DNA from: Wolbachia endosymbiont strain TRS of Brugia malayi
GTDB taxonomy: Bacteria; Pseudomonadota; Alphaproteobacteria; Rickettsiales; Anaplasmataceae
DNA length: 32,000 nucleotides
NCBI RefSeq assembly: GCF_000008385.1
Contig: NC_006833.1
Span: 630,001 to 662,000, forward strand
Reading direction: 5' to 3'
How positions within the stretch are numbered: the first letter of the stretch is position 1; each line of letters opens with the position of its first letter. This document shows, one piece after another, positions 10,120-18,744 of the stretch. Below the pieces are notes generated by a model. The model made no database searches and had not been told where the DNA came from. It saw only the letters and a list, made by a program, of their open reading frames with translations. Position numbers and translations under genes: made by a program.

Positions 10120-10700
10120 GTGTGCGTAAATTGTGAACGCATAATCGATAAAAATTATGATCTGTGTAGCGAGTGCAATAAAAAAATTAACTTTTTAACT
10201 AAACATTACTGCAACGTTTGCAGTACAGCAATTTCAGACAACATTTATATGTGTGGTAAGTGCATCACTAATCTCTCACCGTTTAAAGTGTTAAAATCAG
10301 TTTGTGCTTATGATCAACACAGTAAAAATATGATCATAAATCTTAATTTTTAAGAATTTAAATTATGCAAAAGTCTATATGAAGTGGATATGTCAAGCTA
10401 ACAAGGATATACTTCGCTTGCAAAGGAATTAAGTAAGTTATCCAACTTGTCTTATACACCACTTTTGCAATAAAACGTCCTCGCCATACCACACTTCAAG
10501 CTAGTCTTTGACTTAAATAGCGTAAAAAATTTAGAAAAGGCTTTTAAAACAAGTAATAACAAAATTATCAAAAATAAAATCGTGATATTGGCTGATGATA
10601 TGGTAACAACTGGAGCACCTGTAAGGTCCTGTTCTCAAGAAATCTCAAATTCTAGTGCAAGGGAGTAAGAGTGTTGTCACCTGCAAAAACGGTGAATGAT
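10120..10700 (+). pseudogene. comF: ComF-family phosphoribosyltransferase-like protein, degraded
   Basis: ORF 10120-10353 gives the double zinc-finger N-terminus CVNCERII...LCSECNKKI...YCNVCSTAI...CGKCI and then stops. Downstream, across stops and frame changes, I read LAKELSKLS..., NSVKNLEKAFK and IVILADDMVTTGAPVRSC (PRTase loop). The central part appears to be deleted. Confidence 0.75.
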
Positions 10701-10747
10701 TAGGCCTCTTACGTAACTACATAAAAAATTAGCAGTCCACTCTTCGG

Positions 10748-10815
10748 TGTTATCCCAGTGCTTGATACTGGAATCTATTTTTTCTGGACTTAGCGTCACA
10801 CGCTGGAATGACAGG
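10748..10815. repeat. Short palindromic repeat (Wolbachia palindromic-element-like), intergenic copy
   Basis: The sequence is gttatcccagtgcttgatactggaatc ... gcgtcacacgctggaatgac. Its reverse complement has the same two-unit layout as the copy inside murE (12234-12293). Confidence 0.75.
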
Positions 10816-10842
10816 AGGCAACGCAAGAAGCCCATTTGAAAA

Positions 10843-12333
10843 TCAGTATGTTAAAATTTGATTTTTAATAACCTCAACATCACTAAATTCAAAAGTTTTG
10901 TTCCCTATAATTTGAAATTTTTCATGCCCCTTTCCTGCAACAAGCAGAACCATATTCTCGTCATAGGCAATATTTATACCTTTCTTTATAGCTTCTCTTC
11001 TATCCCCCACCTCTAGTGCATTGGGACAACATAGTAAAATATCGTAACGAATTTTTGCTGGATCTTCATCACGCGGATTATCATCTGTAACTATCACCTT
11101 GTCTGCATACATCTTCGCCATTTTACCCATTTTTGCACGTTTTGCCTGATCACGGTTTCCACCACAACCGAAAACCAGAACTACTTTTTTACTGAAGTGC
11201 CATTTTAAAGACAACAGAGCCTGTTTAAGTGCACTTGGAGTGTGAGCGTAATCCACGAATGCAAAAGGTTTAACTTTTTCCATCCTTCCCGGTAAAGAAA
11301 CAAATTTATCTATACATATCCTCTGATAATCCAGCTTAGATGCAATAACTATACCGATTGCACACAGCAAATTATATGCTTGAAACTGCCCTAAAACTGG
11401 ATAAAACATACCGTAAACCTCATCACCAATTTTAATCGTAAGGTGTTGACCATCGGGAGTGGGAATCTGCCTTAATAAAGTAATGTCAGAGCCTGTTTTT
11501 CCATATGTTATAACTTTGTTGCTACGTTTTTCAGCTATCTTAAGCAATGCATAGTATTCATCTATATCCGAATTTAATACTACCGTTTTTCCTTCTGGTA
11601 ATACCTCGTAAAATAACCTTTTCTTAGCCTCGAAATATTCATTCACGTCTTTATGATAATCTAAATGATCTTGCGAGAAATTAGTAAAAGCTGCAGCATT
11701 TAATTCTAATCCATGGATTCTATACTGATCAATTCCATGGCTCGAAGCCTCCAATGCTAAATGTTCTATATTTTTACTATTTACATCACGCAGTGTAAAA
11801 TAAAGGTCATCCGCATCTGGAGTAGTAAGATTACTGTTATTATCTTTTCTTTCATTATTAACACATGTTCCAAGCGTTCCCACAGATGCTGCATTACAAC
11901 CTGCATTTTGCCAGATTTGACGGCAAAATTCTACCACTGAAGTCTTGCCATTCGTACCTGTTACAGCAGCAACACATTTGAGCTGCTTAAATTGATAAAA
12001 CCTGCTAACTATTTTACCATATATCTCTCGAGGGTTTGGGTAGAAGATATAGATTTCAGCACCCTGCGCTGGGATTGCACTAAAGCTTGCTATTATTGCT
12101 GAAGCTTTTATGCCGCCTACACATCTCTCACCTTCCTCTGACACACAAACAAAAAGATAATCCTCTTTGACTTTCTTCGGATTACATGTAACACCCTTAA
12201 TTTCAATGTTAAAATCAACAGTACAGTTGCCTAGTGTTATTCCAGTGTGTAACGCTAATTGTTGGATTCCAGTGCCAAGCACCGGAATGACAGAAAAATG
12301 GCCAATATCATGCAGTAATTCTCTTAGTATCAT
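10843..12333 (-). CDS. murE: UDP-N-acetylmuramoyl-L-alanyl-D-glutamate--2,6-diaminopimelate ligase
   Basis: VTGTNGKTS is the P-loop. Further Mur ligase motifs are LEASSHG, the TNFSQDHLDYH region, DYAHTP and VFGCGGNRD. DDNPR is the meso-DAP-specific motif. Confidence 0.92.
   Translation of the reverse strand: MILRELLHDIGHFSVIPVLGTGIQQLALHTGITLGNCTVDFNIEIKGVTCNPKKVKEDYLFVCVSEEGERCVGGIKASAIIASFSAIPAQGAEIYIFYPNPREIYGKIVSRFYQFKQLKCVAAVTGTNGKTSVVEFCRQIWQNAGCNAASVGTLGTCVNNERKDNNSNLTTPDADDLYFTLRDVNSKNIEHLALEASSHGIDQYRIHGLELNAAAFTNFSQDHLDYHKDVNEYFEAKKRLFYEVLPEGKTVVLNSDIDEYYALLKIAEKRSNKVITYGKTGSDITLLRQIPTPDGQHLTIKIGDEVYGMFYPVLGQFQAYNLLCAIGIVIASKLDYQRICIDKFVSLPGRMEKVKPFAFVDYAHTPSALKQALLSLKWHFSKKVVLVFGCGGNRDQAKRAKMGKMAKMYADKVIVTDDNPRDEDPAKIRYDILLCCPNALEVGDRREAIKKGINIAYDENMVLLVAGKGHEKFQIIGNKTFEFSDVEVIKNQILTY
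12234..12293. repeat. Palindromic repeat copy embedded in frame in the 5' end of murE
   Basis: The plus strand reads gtgttattccagtgtgtaacgc-taattgtt-ggattccagtgccaagcaccggaatgacag, 60 nt or 20 codons. On the coding strand it encodes FSVIPVLGTGIQQLALHTGITL within MurE residues ~13-34. Confidence 0.75.
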
Positions 12334-13549
12334 GTCCTACTTCATCAGCTTGAAAGCCCAAACATGGCAACCGTGCTAGTGCAGCATTCAAATCAGAAAT
12401 TAAATCTTCAGGGTCTTCTAGTCCACAAAATATTCTTATGAAACTTCCACTATAATCTGAACTCATTACAGATCTTGACACAGATTTACGATCTATTGGC
12501 AATATCAAGCTATCACATCCTCCCCAAGAAGCACCAATACTAAAAATTTTCATATGATCAACCATACAGCTTAGTTCCTCACATGAATATTCTCTATCCA
12601 GTACTATACTGAATACGCCACTTGCCCCCTTGAAGTAACTTTTCCATAGTTCATGTTGAGGGTGAGAAGGAAGTGCTGGATATAAGACTTTTTTGATTTT
12701 TGAATGCTTTTCTAGCCACTTTGCTACTTTCATTGCTGTACTTTGATGCTTCCTCATGCGCGTGCCTAGTGTTCTTAGCCCTCGATGTGCAAGGTAACAG
12801 TCGTATGGTTGCACAGTAACTCCGTAATTCTTGCAGATCTCATAAAGCAATTTAAAAACTTCACCTTCAGCAATAATAGCTCCCATCAATAAATCTGAGT
12901 GACCGGCTATATATTTCGTAACCCCATACAACGCAACATCAATGCCATAATCAAGTGGCCTAAATAACAAAGGAGTAGCCCACGAATTGTCGCAAACAGT
13001 CACGATTTTATGTTCCTTAGCAATTTTTACTATATGTTCTATATTTGAAACCTCAAATGTTACAGAACCAGGAGTCTCAATCATTATTAATCTAGTATTA
13101 CTCTGAATTAAACTAGCTATATCCTGTGTTGGATCATAGAAGGTTACCTCTACTCTTCTTTTTGGTAGCTCATTTTCGGCGAACCTCCTAAGTCGGTAAT
13201 AGCTATTATCTTGAATTAAAACATGCGAACCTGCTCTAGCAAAAGTCAGAATAGCAAAAGTGAGTGCAAACAATCCGGAAGGATAGATTAATGCTTGTCC
13301 CCTACCCTCAATCTCAGCAAGTGCATTTGAAAAATAATGAACAGTGGGAGTACCAACACTGCCGTAGCTATAATCTCTTGCAATACCATCATTAACCACA
13401 CCGTATATGTTTTTTCCATCTGCTGCATCTAAGTAGTCCTTGTAAGTAGGAAATAATATAGTAGAAGAATGATAAACTGGCGGGTTCATAGAACCTTTAT
13501 AGTCCTCAAACTTTCTCCCCGCTTTAACTAATAAGGATTTCTCTTTCAC
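12308..13549 (-). CDS. metC: Cystathionine beta-lyase (PLP-dependent Cys/Met metabolism family)
   Basis: 413 aa. The N-terminus ...GSMNPPVYHSSTILF is typical of the family. VTKYIAGHSD holds the PLP-lysine region, and ...IRIFCGLEDPEDLISDL is the C-terminal signature. The 3' end overlaps the annotated murE start by 26 nt. Confidence 0.85.
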   Translation of the reverse strand: MKEKSLLVKAGRKFEDYKGSMNPPVYHSSTILFPTYKDYLDAADGKNIYGVVNDGIARDYSYGSVGTPTVHYFSNALAEIEGRGQALIYPSGLFALTFAILTFARAGSHVLIQDNSYYRLRRFAENELPKRRVEVTFYDPTQDIASLIQSNTRLIMIETPGSVTFEVSNIEHIVKIAKEHKIVTVCDNSWATPLLFRPLDYGIDVALYGVTKYIAGHSDLLMGAIIAEGEVFKLLYEICKNYGVTVQPYDCYLAHRGLRTLGTRMRKHQSTAMKVAKWLEKHSKIKKVLYPALPSHPQHELWKSYFKGASGVFSIVLDREYSCEELSCMVDHMKIFSIGASWGGCDSLILPIDRKSVSRSVMSSDYSGSFIRIFCGLEDPEDLISDLNAALARLPCLGFQADEVGHDTKRITA

Positions 13550-13555
13550 GTTCTG

Positions 13556-13852
13556 TTATTTATTTTTTAAATTGTATTCGCTTTGTGTATATAAGTGAAG
13601 AGAAATTGCATGTATTAGCTCTATCTCACTCTTTAATAACTCATAAATCAACCTGTGCCTTTTGAGACTGTCCATTCCGGCAAAATTGTCAGATATTAGT
13701 ACTAGCTTGATATGTGAAGGTAGCATTGAAGACGAAGAAAAATAATGATCTGCATGTTTTACGGACTCATCGATAATATCAACATCAATTACATCTATTG
13801 AACCACGTATTTTTTCTTCTATTGTCTTAATAATATCCATCCTGTCATTCAA
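13556..13852 (-). CDS. bolA: BolA family protein
   Basis: 98 aa. The pattern ...HADHYF...HIKLVLISDNFAGMDSLKRHRLIYELL...IHAISLHLYT matches the BolA fold. Confidence 0.8.
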   Translation of the reverse strand: MNDRMDIIKTIEEKIRGSIDVIDVDIIDESVKHADHYFSSSSMLPSHIKLVLISDNFAGMDSLKRHRLIYELLKSEIELIHAISLHLYTQSEYNLKNK

Positions 13853-13912
13853 ATAGCTAATACTAGTTCTCTTTTCCTAAATTTTAGCACCACGCGCTGA
13901 CAAAATACACTC

Positions 13913-15820
13913 TTATTTATTCTCTTCCTTATTATCTATGTCTTGATAATCAGAATCTACTACTTTTTCTTCCTCATTTGTTGTGGATGAACCAGCAGAG
14001 CTTTCTTTCCCCTGTTGCTGCTGAGATTCTTTATAAATAGTTTCTCCAAGCTTCATAGATAATTGAGAAAGATTAGTAATTTTCTGTTGTATTGAATCAA
14101 CATCATCAATGTTATCAGACTTACTAGCCTCTTTTAATTCATTAACTGCATTTTCAATAGCAGATTTATCTTCTGGTGAAACTTTATCGCCATACTCTTT
14201 CAGAGACTTTTCCGTAGAATGAACTAAGCTATCTGCTTGGTTCTTCACTTCAACAAATTTTTTACGCTTCTCATCTTCTTGTGCCTTTTCCTCAGCCTCT
14301 CTTATCATGCGATTTATTTCACTCTCAGATAAACCACCTGAAGACTGAATACGTATTTTCTGCTCTTTTCCAGTAGCTTTATCTTTTGCAGAAACATGTA
14401 CTATTCCATTTGCATCTATATCGAATGTCACTTCGATCTGAGGAATTCCACGAGGAGCAGGTGGTATACCCTCCAAACTAAATTGACCAAGCAACTTATT
14501 ATCAACTGCCAATTTCCTTTCACCTTGATGCACTTTAATTGTCACAGCCGTTTGATTATCTTCTGCAGTTGAAAATACCTGAGATTTTTTAGTAGGAATA
14601 GTAGTATTACGCTCAATAAGTGGAGTGAACACCCCCCCTAAAGTTTCAATACCAAGAGAAAGCGGAGTTACATCAAGCAATAACACATCCCTTACATCAC
14701 CTTGAACGATTCCTGCCTGTATTGCAGCACCAATTGCTACAACTTCATCAGGATTTACTCCTCTATGTGGATCCTTACCAAAGAATTCTTTAACTTTCTC
14801 TATTACCCTTGGCATACGAGTCATACCACCAACAAGCACCACTTCACCAATTTGGTTAGCGGATAAACCAGTATCCTCAAGAGCTTTTTTGCAAGGAGTC
14901 ATAGTCCTTTCGATTAAATCATTTACTAAGCTCTCAAGTTTTGCCCTTGTTAATTTCATATTTAAGTGTTTTGGACCATTTGCATCAGCCGTAATAAATG
15001 GCAGATTTATTTCTGTTTCCATTGCACTTGATAATTCAATCTTCGCTTTTTCAGCAGCTTCTTTGATTCTTTGCATAGCCATTGGATCATTTTTTAGACC
15101 AATGCCATTACTTTTCTTAAATTCATCTAGTAAGTAACTTACTATTGCATTATCAAAGTCTTCACCTCCAAGATGGGTATCACCATTCGTAGCTTTTACT
15201 TCAAAAACTCCATCACCTATTTCAAGTATTGAAACATCAAATGTACCACCACCAAGGTCATATACCACTATTGTATGCCCATGCTTCTTATCAAGACCAT
15301 AAGCAAGCGCCGCAGCAGTTGGTTCATTAACTATTCTAAGTACATTCAACCCGGCAATTTTTCCTGCATCTTTTGTTGCCTGACGTTGAGAATCGTTGAA
15401 GTATGCTGGCACTGTTATTACAGCATCTTTTACTTCTTCCCCAAGATAAGCCTCTGCTGCCTCTTTTAGATTTTGTAGTATAAAAGCACCAATTTGACTA
15501 GGGGAGTATTCTTTACCATCTGTTGTTTTAATCCATGCATCACCATTTTTTGCTGCAAACACTTTATACGGCACATTCAGATCTTTCATTTCAGGATCAC
15601 CATACTGACGGCCTATTAATCTTTTAGTAGCAAAAAAAGTATTACTTGCATTGGTGGTTGCTTGCCTTTTTGCTGGAGCGCCAATTAATCTCTCCCCTGA
15701 TGAAGTAAATGCAACTACAGATGGAGTAGTTCTTGCTCCTTCTTTATTCTCTATTATCTTGCCTTGTATCGCAACACAAGAATTTGTTGTTCCAAGATCT
15801 ATACCTATTGCTCTTCCCAT
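13913..15820 (-). CDS. dnaK: Molecular chaperone DnaK (Hsp70)
   Basis: 635 aa. Hsp70 signatures present are [27 protein letters not shown] and [13 protein letters not shown]. Confidence 0.97.
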   Translation of the reverse strand: MGRAIGIDLGTTNSCVAIQGKIIENKEGARTTPSVVAFTSSGERLIGAPAKRQATTNASNTFFATKRLIGRQYGDPEMKDLNVPYKVFAAKNGDAWIKTTDGKEYSPSQIGAFILQNLKEAAEAYLGEEVKDAVITVPAYFNDSQRQATKDAGKIAGLNVLRIVNEPTAAALAYGLDKKHGHTIVVYDLGGGTFDVSILEIGDGVFEVKATNGDTHLGGEDFDNAIVSYLLDEFKKSNGIGLKNDPMAMQRIKEAAEKAKIELSSAMETEINLPFITADANGPKHLNMKLTRAKLESLVNDLIERTMTPCKKALEDTGLSANQIGEVVLVGGMTRMPRVIEKVKEFFGKDPHRGVNPDEVVAIGAAIQAGIVQGDVRDVLLLDVTPLSLGIETLGGVFTPLIERNTTIPTKKSQVFSTAEDNQTAVTIKVHQGERKLAVDNKLLGQFSLEGIPPAPRGIPQIEVTFDIDANGIVHVSAKDKATGKEQKIRIQSSGGLSESEINRMIREAEEKAQEDEKRKKFVEVKNQADSLVHSTEKSLKEYGDKVSPEDKSAIENAVNELKEASKSDNIDDVDSIQQKITNLSQLSMKLGETIYKESQQQQGKESSAGSSTTNEEEKVVDSDYQDIDNKEENK

Positions 15821-15859
15821 AATGAATACTCCCTTATAAATGTTATCTGATATAAGGAT

Positions 15860-15888
15860 ATATAAGTATAGGACTCGTCAATTACAAG
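15860..15888 (-). promoter_or_regulatory. Putative RpoH (sigma-32) heat-shock promoter of dnaK
   Basis: The minus strand reads CTTG-taattgacgagtcctata-CTTATAT, which matches the alphaproteobacterial sigma-32 consensus CTTG-N17-18-CYTATNT. The -10 element ends ~40 nt upstream of the dnaK ATG. Confidence 0.5.
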
Positions 15889-15907
15889 TCTCTTTTAGGA
15901 TCTCCAG

Positions 15908-17680
15908 TTAGCTATTAGAGTTCAAAATGCGTGAAAGCCACTTAGTTAACCAAAAACTGCCTTGTAACTTCTCTGAATTATCAGCCCTTTCATTACTGCT
16001 GCTTTCAATTTTGTAACCAGAGTTTTGTAATGGCTTACAATCACTTAAGTTAACTTCATCCCCTCGTTTTAAAACGAACGTATCTACACTCAAACTGCTA
16101 TCAGCACTAACATTCAACTTAATATTAAACTCTTTTTCAATTGTAGAAACTGTGCCACGTTTGTTATTAAAAATATGTGCTATAATTGCACCATGAGCTA
16201 CCAAATCAAATGACCTATTTCGATTTCTACTAGCAATGTGCTGCAAGTCTCTCAATATTGATGCAACAATCACCTCATTTGACTTCACCTTCCCAATCCC
16301 TTTACAGTGCAAGCACTCTGTAGTGTTAATTTCCTGTATGCTTGGTTTAATCCTTTGCCTTGAAAATACCATTAAACCAAAGTCATTTATGTAGCTAAAT
16401 TGAACTCTAGCTTTATCATCCTTAAACGCCTGCCTAATAGCAGACTCAACAGCTCTACAATATTGATACCTTAACATGTCAATAAAATCTACTACTATTA
16501 ATCCCGACAAGCCTCTTAAATTCACCTGTCTTGATATTTCAGGTACTGCTTCCATATTAGTTCTATAAGCTGTCTCCTCTATACTATCCTCTCCCGTCAT
16601 CTTTCCTGAATTTACATCTATTGAAACAAACGCCTCAGTTAAAGTTATTATCAAAGATCCACCAGACGGCAGTTTTACCCTATTGCTGTATAACTCAGAA
16701 ATTTGATCTTCGACTCCGTAGTAAGTAAAGATTGGAATAAAACCTCTATACAACCTATAACGTAACTTACTACCTTTTAATGCATTTCTAGCATATTGTC
16801 TTACCGTTTCAAAAGCTTCCTTTCCAGATACTATAACTTCCATACCATTGCTACAAAAATCACGAATAGACCTCATAATTAGGTCTGCTTCATTATAAAT
16901 CAATGATGGAACATTTATAGAGGAAGCATTTTTTTGAATATTCTGCCACAATGAAGATAAATAATTGTAATCCTGCTCAATTTCCTTTTTACTTTTCCCT
17001 GAACCAATGGTTCTTATTATCAAACCTGACCTTTTTGGCAAGTCCATTGAACTTAATATATCCTTTAACTGCTTTCTGACATTAACATCTTCAATTCTGC
17101 GTGACACTCCACCTTTACTCATGGAATTAGGCATAAAAACACAGTACCTTCCTACTAAAGTTATGTACGTTGTAAACGAAGCTCCCTTGTTGCCTCGCTC
17201 TTCCTTAGTTAGTTGAACTAATAGCCTTTGATTTACTGAAATAACATCTTGCAACTTATATCTCTTATATAAAGACACTTCTCTTACAAAACCATTACCG
17301 GATTCGTTAACATTCTTATTAGTTAAGGAATCTGAAGAAATATTTGCTGAGGCATTGCCATTTTCCTCTGTACAATCATCATTCAGGCAACCCTCAAAGA
17401 AAGTTTCTTTCTCCTTTTCTGGAATATTGAAATAATCTGGAGATATTTCAGAAAAAGACAAAAAACCTTGCTTATTTTTTCCATATTCAATAAACACAGC
17501 TTGCAAAGAAGGCTCTACACGTTTTACACAAGCAATATATATATTACCTCTTAATTGTTTTTTTTCTTTGAATTCTTGTTCAAATTCCACAACTCTATTG
17601 TCAGCTGATAAAGCAACTCTTACCTCATCAGAACAGATAGAATTTTCTATTAATAGTAACCTCTTACCACTATTTGCCAC
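15908..17680 (-). CDS. rne: Ribonuclease E (catalytic N-terminal half only, with the alphaproteobacterial-type S1-domain insertion)
   Basis: 590 aa. LRGNIYIACVKRVEPSLQAVFIEYG..GFL is the S1 domain. FVSIDVNSG and GLIVVDFIDM are the DNase I-like catalytic site. CLHCKGIGKV is the Zn-link. A low-complexity insertion (aa ~85-135) splits the S1 domain. No long C-terminal scaffold is present. Confidence 0.9.
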   Translation of the reverse strand: MANSGKRLLLIENSICSDEVRVALSADNRVVEFEQEFKEKKQLRGNIYIACVKRVEPSLQAVFIEYGKNKQGFLSFSEISPDYFNIPEKEKETFFEGCLNDDCTEENGNASANISSDSLTNKNVNESGNGFVREVSLYKRYKLQDVISVNQRLLVQLTKEERGNKGASFTTYITLVGRYCVFMPNSMSKGGVSRRIEDVNVRKQLKDILSSMDLPKRSGLIIRTIGSGKSKKEIEQDYNYLSSLWQNIQKNASSINVPSLIYNEADLIMRSIRDFCSNGMEVIVSGKEAFETVRQYARNALKGSKLRYRLYRGFIPIFTYYGVEDQISELYSNRVKLPSGGSLIITLTEAFVSIDVNSGKMTGEDSIEETAYRTNMEAVPEISRQVNLRGLSGLIVVDFIDMLRYQYCRAVESAIRQAFKDDKARVQFSYINDFGLMVFSRQRIKPSIQEINTTECLHCKGIGKVKSNEVIVASILRDLQHIASRNRNRSFDLVAHGAIIAHIFNNKRGTVSTIEKEFNIKLNVSADSSLSVDTFVLKRGDEVNLSDCKPLQNSGYKIESSSNERADNSEKLQGSFWLTKWLSRILNSNS

Positions 17681-17783
17681 TTATTTACCGTTTGCCTTGC
17701 GTTCTCAAATTAATTTTATGTTACTTAACGTACTGCCGATTGTCAAGAATTTGCAATCTACATTGTTCTAAGGCACAAAGTGA

Positions 17784-17812
17784 TTGACTTTTAGCGCTTT
17801 ACGTAATAAACT
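17784..17812 (+). promoter_or_regulatory. Candidate sigma-70 promoter for rpmG
   Basis: TTGACT-N17-TAAACT, with the -10 element ending 29 nt upstream of the rpmG ATG. This is only a sequence match in an AT-rich spacer. Confidence 0.3.
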
Positions 17813-17841
17813 CACACAGGATTTATATTATTATATTAAGT

Positions 17842-18042
17842 ATGGCAAAAAAAAATGCTTCTTTGCTTGTGAAGTTAGTTAGCAGCGCAACAAAAATAAC
17901 AAGTACAGGTGAAGAAAAGTCAACAGGTTACTTTTACGTAAAAAAGCGCAATCCAAAAAAGCTTACTAGAAAACTGGAGTTTAGAAAGTATGATCCAGTA
18001 GTCAGAAGGCACGTATTATTTAAAGAAGAAAAATTAAAGTAA
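17842..18042 (+). CDS. rpmG: 50S ribosomal protein L33
   Basis: [16 protein letters not shown]...[39 protein letters not shown] is collinear with alphaproteobacterial L33. It carries ~10 extra residues ([11 protein letters not shown]) in the first hairpin. Confidence 0.9.
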   Translation: MAKKNASLLVKLVSSATKITSTGEEKSTGYFYVKKRNPKKLTRKLEFRKYDPVVRRHVLFKEEKLK

Positions 18043-18066
18043 TTTTTTCATAAGGAAGTTGTTATC

Positions 18067-18348
18067 ATGCAAAATTCACAATTAAATTATCCTATAACAA
18101 TAGAGTTGGATGATATAAAAGATACAAAACTGAAATTAATAAAGATTGTTGCACGGTTAATAAATAAGAGGTACAGAACACAGAAAAAAGCAGCAATTGC
18201 CCTAAAGATCGACCAACCTAAAGTATCTCAAATTAATAAGTCAAAAATTGAAGGGTTCTCTTTAGAATACTTGCTTAACTTATTAGTTGCATTGGATCAA
18301 GATATAAATATGAAAATAAAACATAATTCTCAGCATAACATACAATAA
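18067..18348 (+). CDS. XRE-family helix-turn-helix protein (HTH_37 / antitoxin-like), no cognate toxin nearby
   Basis: 93 aa. The stretch RTQKKAAIALKIDQPKVSQINKSKIEGFSLEYLLNLLVALDQDINMKI matches the pattern of small XRE antitoxins (QxxAAxxLGxxQPxVSxLxxGKxxxFSLdxLlxmLxaLg). An aaggaag RBS is upstream. Confidence 0.7.
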   Translation: MQNSQLNYPITIELDDIKDTKLKLIKIVARLINKRYRTQKKAAIALKIDQPKVSQINKSKIEGFSLEYLLNLLVALDQDINMKIKHNSQHNIQ

Positions 18349-18744
18349 GGCTATACTCATTTTAATTTACAGCGTATGCTGTAATATTATCCACAAAAAC
18401 TTCAACTGCAAACAATTTAGGGCACATTTCATTTTTTGAACATGGACAAGTACCGCTTCTTCATACTTTTCTTACGAAGAATCTGTCCAGCGTAAAACAG
18501 ATACATAGACTATATAACATAAAGAGCTACACAGAAGTTACTTAGTTATAGGACCACATATACAAAAAGATTCAGAAAAAATGCAGCGTGCATTGGGTGG
18601 AAATGCATGTACACTTGCATATCACTTGCAAAAATACGCTACATTTTTCACTAAAATTTGGTTATTTAAGCCTGTAAACGAAAATAGATCTCAGATCCTA
18701 AAACACCTTCCTTGTCAGGGGAATAGAGCTATAAAAATGTGTCA

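Noticed and set aside
12167-12379. 70-aa plus-strand ORF spanning the murE/metC junction
   Set aside because: It is antisense to both genes. Its sequence (…VIPVCNANCWIPVPSTGMTEKW…) is just the palindromic repeat read on the other strand, which is why the repeat generates ORFs in both directions.
14889-15839. Three plus-strand ORFs (14889-15137, 15275-15469, 15651-15839) antisense to dnaK
   Set aside because: They lie entirely inside a highly conserved Hsp70 gene on the other strand. Their products are low-complexity and Leu/Ser/Phe-rich, as expected for antisense frames of AT-rich coding DNA, and they have no RBS.
17007-17771. Plus-strand ORFs 17007-17216 and 17568-17771 overlapping rne
   Set aside because: They are antisense shadow frames of RNase E. 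The second merely runs into the rne-rpmG spacer.
18387-18395. Perfect DnaA-box consensus TTATCCACA, plus an 8/9 match near 28326-28334
   Set aside because: A single perfect 9-mer is expected by chance roughly once per few tens of kb on two strands in AT-rich DNA. There is no cluster of boxes, no AT-rich unwinding element pattern and no origin-typical flanking genes.
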